A stretch of 64,000 nucleotides of DNA, from positions 160,001 to 224,000 of the forward strand of contig OZ244042.1 of assembly GCA_965215015.1 (NCBI GenBank), given 5' to 3'. The stretch is from Candidatus Poribacteria bacterium. GTDB taxonomy: Bacteria > Poribacteria > WGA-4E > PCPOR2b. Position numbers and translations under genes: made by a program. Under the pieces are notes generated by a model. That model had not been told where the DNA came from. It saw only the letters and a list, made by a program, of their open reading frames with translations, and ran no database searches. Positions 59,962 through 64,000 of this stretch are shown here, in pieces; position 1 is the first letter of the stretch; the number at the start of each line of letters is the position of its first letter.

Positions 59962-62211
59962 GTGATTTATCACCTCAGTTTTTGGTATCAGTTTTCAAGT
60001 GGCAGTATTTTGCGACACGGAAGATGTTTTTTTCTGTTGGCTATCTGCTGTTTGTTATTGCCGCTTACTGTGTGCGCCGATCCCAGCCCAATCGAGTACA
60101 AGATTGAGGCATACCGAACGTTTCAGAGCATTGAGGTTGATGGCGATTTCAATGAATCTGACTGGCAGCACGCAAGTCCGATTAATCAGTTTTTCCAAAT
60201 TGAGCCAGATGAAGGTCAATCTATAAGCGAACCGACAGAAGTCCGCATCCTATACGATGATAAGAACATCTACTTCGGGTTTACCTGTTTCGACTCGCAG
60301 ATGTCCAAGCTGGTTGCCAACGACATGCGTCATGACGCGCAAGACCTGCATGAAAACGACAATGTCTTTCTGATATTGGACACTTATAACGATAAACGTA
60401 ACGGGGTTGCCTTCCGCATCAACCCGTTGGGGGCATACCAAGACAGAGCCGTAACGAACAGTGGGGACAGCTTAAATCGGAGCTGGGATGCAGTGGTTGC
60501 ATGTCAAGCTAAGGTAAATTCAGATCATTGGACGGCCGAACTCGGTATTCCGTTCAGCCAACTCCGTTTCGACAAAAGCAACAAGATGACTTGGGGGATG
60601 AATGTGGGACGCGGAGTCCGTAGGAACAATGAGGAAGCGATATGGGTGCCAGTGCCTAGACAGTATGGGGGGATGGCGAAATATCGTCTCGGTAATCTGG
60701 GGAGCCTCGGTGGTTTAGAGGGGATTGCTCCGTCTCGGCGTCTAGAACTGCTGCCTTATGTTTTGCCGGGGATGAGTCTGACCGAAGGTGATGCTGGCAC
60801 CAATGGAGTATTCGACATCGGCTTGGACCTCAAATACGGTATCAACTCCAACCTCACCGCGGATTTGACCTTTAATACCGACTTTGCCCAAGTTGAAGCC
60901 GATGAGGAACAGGTCAACCTCACCCGCTTTAGCCTATTCTTTCCTGAGAAGCGTCCGTTCTTTTTAGAAGGAGCGGGGTTGTTTGATTTCGGCATTGCTC
61001 GCAGCAGTTTTCGCCGTCCCCCGCCGCTACTTCTGTTCTATAGCCGCCGCATTGGCCTAGTCGAAGGACGCGCTATCCCGATTTTTGGTGGGGGCAAAAT
61101 TACAGGCAAAATGGGACCTTACGGCATCGGTTTGCTGAATGTGTTGACGAATGAGTTTCGTGATGATACCGATACGGAGGACCTGATTGACGAGCCGCGT
61201 ACCAATTACTCTGTATTACGGTTGACACGGGACCTTTTCAGCGGTTCACGTATCGGGTTAATTGGAATTAATAAGCAGGATGCTGATGCATACAATCGCG
61301 CCGGTGGATTCGATTTTTCATACCGCCCGGTGGACAATTTTGATATCCGTGGACTGTGGGCGCGTACCACTGATTCAGAGGAGGCTGATGGGAGTGGTAA
61401 TGCGTGGTATATCGGCAGCAATTGGCGGAATGATCTGTTTCGGCTGGGGGGGGCATATACGGACATCGGTGAGGACTTCAACCCTGAAGTTGGATACATC
61501 CGGCGGCAGGGGGTGCGCCAAATCCGGAGCGACATACGTTTTACCCCTTGGCCCAGAAGGTTTGGGATTCGCCGCATCTGGACGGGACCCGAATTCGACC
61601 TTGTCCTCAATCGAGATGGTGACTTAGAGACCCGCTCCATCCGGTACAGTAACTGGTTTGAACTAGAAAGGGGAGGGTACCTACAACTTGAGATTCGGCA
61701 GACAGCAGAACACCTTGACGAGGATTTTGAGGTCAGTGATGGTGTCATCATACCCATTGATGAATATAATTTTACATCTGCCAGGGCAGGGGTTCAAACC
61801 GATGAAAGTAAAATGCTTGCCGGGGAATTTGATGTGAATTTTGGTGAGTTCTACGACGGCAACAGGCGGGGGTTTGACATCGGCGCAACCTTCAAACCGA
61901 GCGGACGTTTCGCCCTCGAATCTCAATATCAGTTTAACCGGGTGTCTCTTCCCGGAGAACAACCCTTCAATGTAAATGTGTTTGGAGGACGGTTTGCCTA
62001 TTCCTTCTCGACGCAACTCTTTGCGAAACTGTTTGCTCAATGGAACAGCGATGATAAGGTGATTTCCACCAACTTTCTGCTCAACTACATCTATCGCCCC
62101 GGCAGCGATTTCTTCCTTGTTTTCAACCAGACTTATGACAGTAACGGTGGAGGCATCAATCTTGAGGAATCCACACTTGTTGGGAAACTAACGTATTGGT
62201 GGAATCTGTAA
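59962..62211 (+). CDS. CBM9-like plus DUF5916 outer-membrane protein, paralog 3
   Basis: Same motif set; ends GKLTYWWNL. Confidence 0.88.
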   Translation: MIYHLSFWYQFSSGSILRHGRCFFLLAICCLLLPLTVCADPSPIEYKIEAYRTFQSIEVDGDFNESDWQHASPINQFFQIEPDEGQSISEPTEVRILYDDKNIYFGFTCFDSQMSKLVANDMRHDAQDLHENDNVFLILDTYNDKRNGVAFRINPLGAYQDRAVTNSGDSLNRSWDAVVACQAKVNSDHWTAELGIPFSQLRFDKSNKMTWGMNVGRGVRRNNEEAIWVPVPRQYGGMAKYRLGNLGSLGGLEGIAPSRRLELLPYVLPGMSLTEGDAGTNGVFDIGLDLKYGINSNLTADLTFNTDFAQVEADEEQVNLTRFSLFFPEKRPFFLEGAGLFDFGIARSSFRRPPPLLLFYSRRIGLVEGRAIPIFGGGKITGKMGPYGIGLLNVLTNEFRDDTDTEDLIDEPRTNYSVLRLTRDLFSGSRIGLIGINKQDADAYNRAGGFDFSYRPVDNFDIRGLWARTTDSEEADGSGNAWYIGSNWRNDLFRLGGAYTDIGEDFNPEVGYIRRQGVRQIRSDIRFTPWPRRFGIRRIWTGPEFDLVLNRDGDLETRSIRYSNWFELERGGYLQLEIRQTAEHLDEDFEVSDGVIIPIDEYNFTSARAGVQTDESKMLAGEFDVNFGEFYDGNRRGFDIGATFKPSGRFALESQYQFNRVSLPGEQPFNVNVFGGRFAYSFSTQLFAKLFAQWNSDDKVISTNFLLNYIYRPGSDFFLVFNQTYDSNGGGINLEESTLVGKLTYWWNL

Positions 62212-62467
62212 ATTGGTACATTAGTCCATTATGGGTTTCCGAATTAATGAACGCTTAAACTCAAAAGAGGTACAGTGGCCACAGAGATTTTCGGGGGCAT
62301 TGGTACATTTAGGACTTACACAGTTGAACGTTCAAACTCAGCATCAGGCCCTAAAGGGGTTAACTCGCTGAATATTCGTCAGTCCCTTGATAATGCGACA
62401 TGAATTGGATACAAATTGTCCAAACTTTAGTAATGAACTAACATATTCCGAGAAAGGAGCATTTCCC

Positions 62468-63403
62468 ATGAGCCAAGAGACAGTTTGGTTACTCTCAGAA
62501 GAGGGTATCTTAGACTTCAGCGGCGAACTGATCTACGATGTTCCATTTCAACCTGCATCGGTCATTGCAGGAGATGTGGGGCAAGATCGGCTGTCCGTTA
62601 TCGCTAACGACCATGAGGTGTGGACGTATGTTTCGGGAGCGTGGGATCAGCAGGTATCAACCGACATCATCCTGAACTGCGTTTGCTGGACACCTGATAA
62701 TCAACTACTTGTGGGCACAGAGCGTGCTCAACTCGCCTGGGTTGTCAATGGTGAGTTGAATTTTATCGACAGTTTTGACGCGGTGCCAGAACGCAAGCTT
62801 TGGAAAACGCCGTGGGGGGGACCTCCGGATGTACGCTCTTTGGCGGTCTCTACGGATGGAACCATCTACGCGAACATTCATGTCGGCTGGGTTGTCCGCT
62901 CGCGCGATGGTGGGGAGACCTGGGAAAATCTTCAGGAAGGATTAGAGATGGATGTGCATCAGGTCGCTACGCATCCCTCCGATCCAGCGATTGTCTTCGC
63001 CGCAACCGCTAGAGGATTCTATCTTAGCCGAGATCATGGTAATACGTTTATACATCAGCGGAGTGGAATGCCCTATTATTATCAACGGGCGTGTGCCTGC
63101 TTTCCTGAAAGCGATGTCTATTTGGTTTCCACATCACGGGGCCCGCACAGCAGGGTAGATGCCCAACTATACCGAAGTGACGACGCAGGTGAAAACTGGA
63201 CCTTGGCGACTGGTCTACCGGAACAGATTGGTGAGAATATTGACACCTTTCAGATTATTACCGTTGGCAGGTCGAATGCGTTGGTAGTTGTGGACGACAC
63301 TGCTCTATACCAGACCGACGACTGGGGCCTAAATTGGCAAAAGGTAGCCGATTATCCGAGGTTGTTTGGTGGGCTTGTCGTACACATGCCGCAAGCGGCC
63401 TAA
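62468..63403 (+). CDS. BNR/sialidase-like beta-propeller protein
   Basis: RSRDGGETW, SRDHGNTF, RSDDAGENW and TDDWGLNW repeats; W.TPWGGPPDVRSL; AAGGAG RBS. Confidence 0.8.
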   Translation: MSQETVWLLSEEGILDFSGELIYDVPFQPASVIAGDVGQDRLSVIANDHEVWTYVSGAWDQQVSTDIILNCVCWTPDNQLLVGTERAQLAWVVNGELNFIDSFDAVPERKLWKTPWGGPPDVRSLAVSTDGTIYANIHVGWVVRSRDGGETWENLQEGLEMDVHQVATHPSDPAIVFAATARGFYLSRDHGNTFIHQRSGMPYYYQRACACFPESDVYLVSTSRGPHSRVDAQLYRSDDAGENWTLATGLPEQIGENIDTFQIITVGRSNALVVVDDTALYQTDDWGLNWQKVADYPRLFGGLVVHMPQAA

Positions 63404-63477
63404 GATCTCGGTTTTCTTTTTCGTAGCAGCCACAAATTCACCCGCACGAAGAATTAATACCATTGGCACAGCCAAAG

Positions 63478-64000
63478 ATGTTAGATACATTACCTACCTC
63501 AATAGAAACGGCTTTAAAGGCGGCGAATGTTCCTTTAGACAAGGTAAGGTTCGCCGCGCAGAGCGATCTCAATCCGGATGGTCTGTTTGGTGAAAGCTGG
63601 TTCGTCCTGACCCATACGGAAATCTTGGCATTCAACGCAGAAGGTGCTGTTCTCCATCGTGTGCCATATCGCGAAGTGATAGAGGTGCGTTCAGAGGCGG
63701 TCGTCGATGGGGGGATTCTTGTTCTAGAGATGGTGGGAGATGTCCTTGATCTCATCCGTTACTCAAACGGACTGATGTCAAAGTTCGGGTATATAGCGAA
63801 ATTTCTCAGTGAGGAAATTGAGCACCGTCAAGGGAAACGCGACGAAGCACCAATATGGGACTACGAAGAAGAACAGAAGTTCTGCAACACATGTAACTTG
63901 CCGCTGCCCGATGTATTTTTGCCGTGTCCAGCGTGCACTAAAAAGCATCGTATCATGTTGCGCGTTATCTCTTATCTCAAGCCGCATAAGAAGCAGGCGG
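63478..64000 (+). CDS. Probable ABC transporter (fused permease/ATPase) N-terminus with Zn ribbon; truncated by the window end
   Basis: Manual translation, open to the end: MLDTLP...SDLNPDGLFGESW...RYSN...CNTC...PCPAC.KK.RIMLRVISYLKP. Confidence 0.6.
   Translation, partial: MLDTLPTSIETALKAANVPLDKVRFAAQSDLNPDGLFGESWFVLTHTEILAFNAEGAVLHRVPYREVIEVRSEAVVDGGILVLEMVGDVLDLIRYSNGLMSKFGYIAKFLSEEIEHRQGKRDEAPIWDYEEEQKFCNTCNLPLPDVFLPCPACTKKHRIMLRVISYLKPHKKQA

Noticed and set aside
1-64000. tRNA, rRNA, tRNA-Sec, or RAYT/cas genes
   Set aside because: None recognised by eye; a covariance-model or HMM scan is needed to exclude small RNAs formally.

Overview
A bacterial chromosomal window of about 50% GC. 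The gene content (several PhyH dioxygenases, DUF4159/vWA proteins, tandem DUF5916 outer-membrane proteins, YCF48/BNR repeats) resembles Candidatus Poribacteria; this taxonomic call is inference only. Most genes are housekeeping or metabolic: a fusA paralog, purN, murA, hisD, htpG, leuB, pdxH, rnpA-yidD-yidC-jag-mnmE and argH. There is also an orphan DUF1156 DNA methylase, an AviRa-like rRNA methylase and an IS200/IS605 tnpB remnant. The main signals lie outside the ORF track. (1) A GTAG-tagged hairpin repeat occurs as a fixed-length 36-37 bp insert flanked by a ~30 bp direct duplication of host DNA (period 66-67 bp) at four clear loci and one weaker locus, a CRISPR-adaptation-like geometry. 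(2) Repeat arrays copy the 3' ends of adjacent genes, and one shows a polar, almost purely synonymous divergence gradient. (3) A thioredoxin-TPR gene split by the ORF caller has an in-frame UGA in a UxxC motif followed by a SECIS-like hairpin, so it is a probable selenoprotein. (4) A sigma54 promoter with paired enhancer sites drives a DUF4159 gene. No rRNA, tRNA, true CRISPR array or cas/RAYT gene was recognised.
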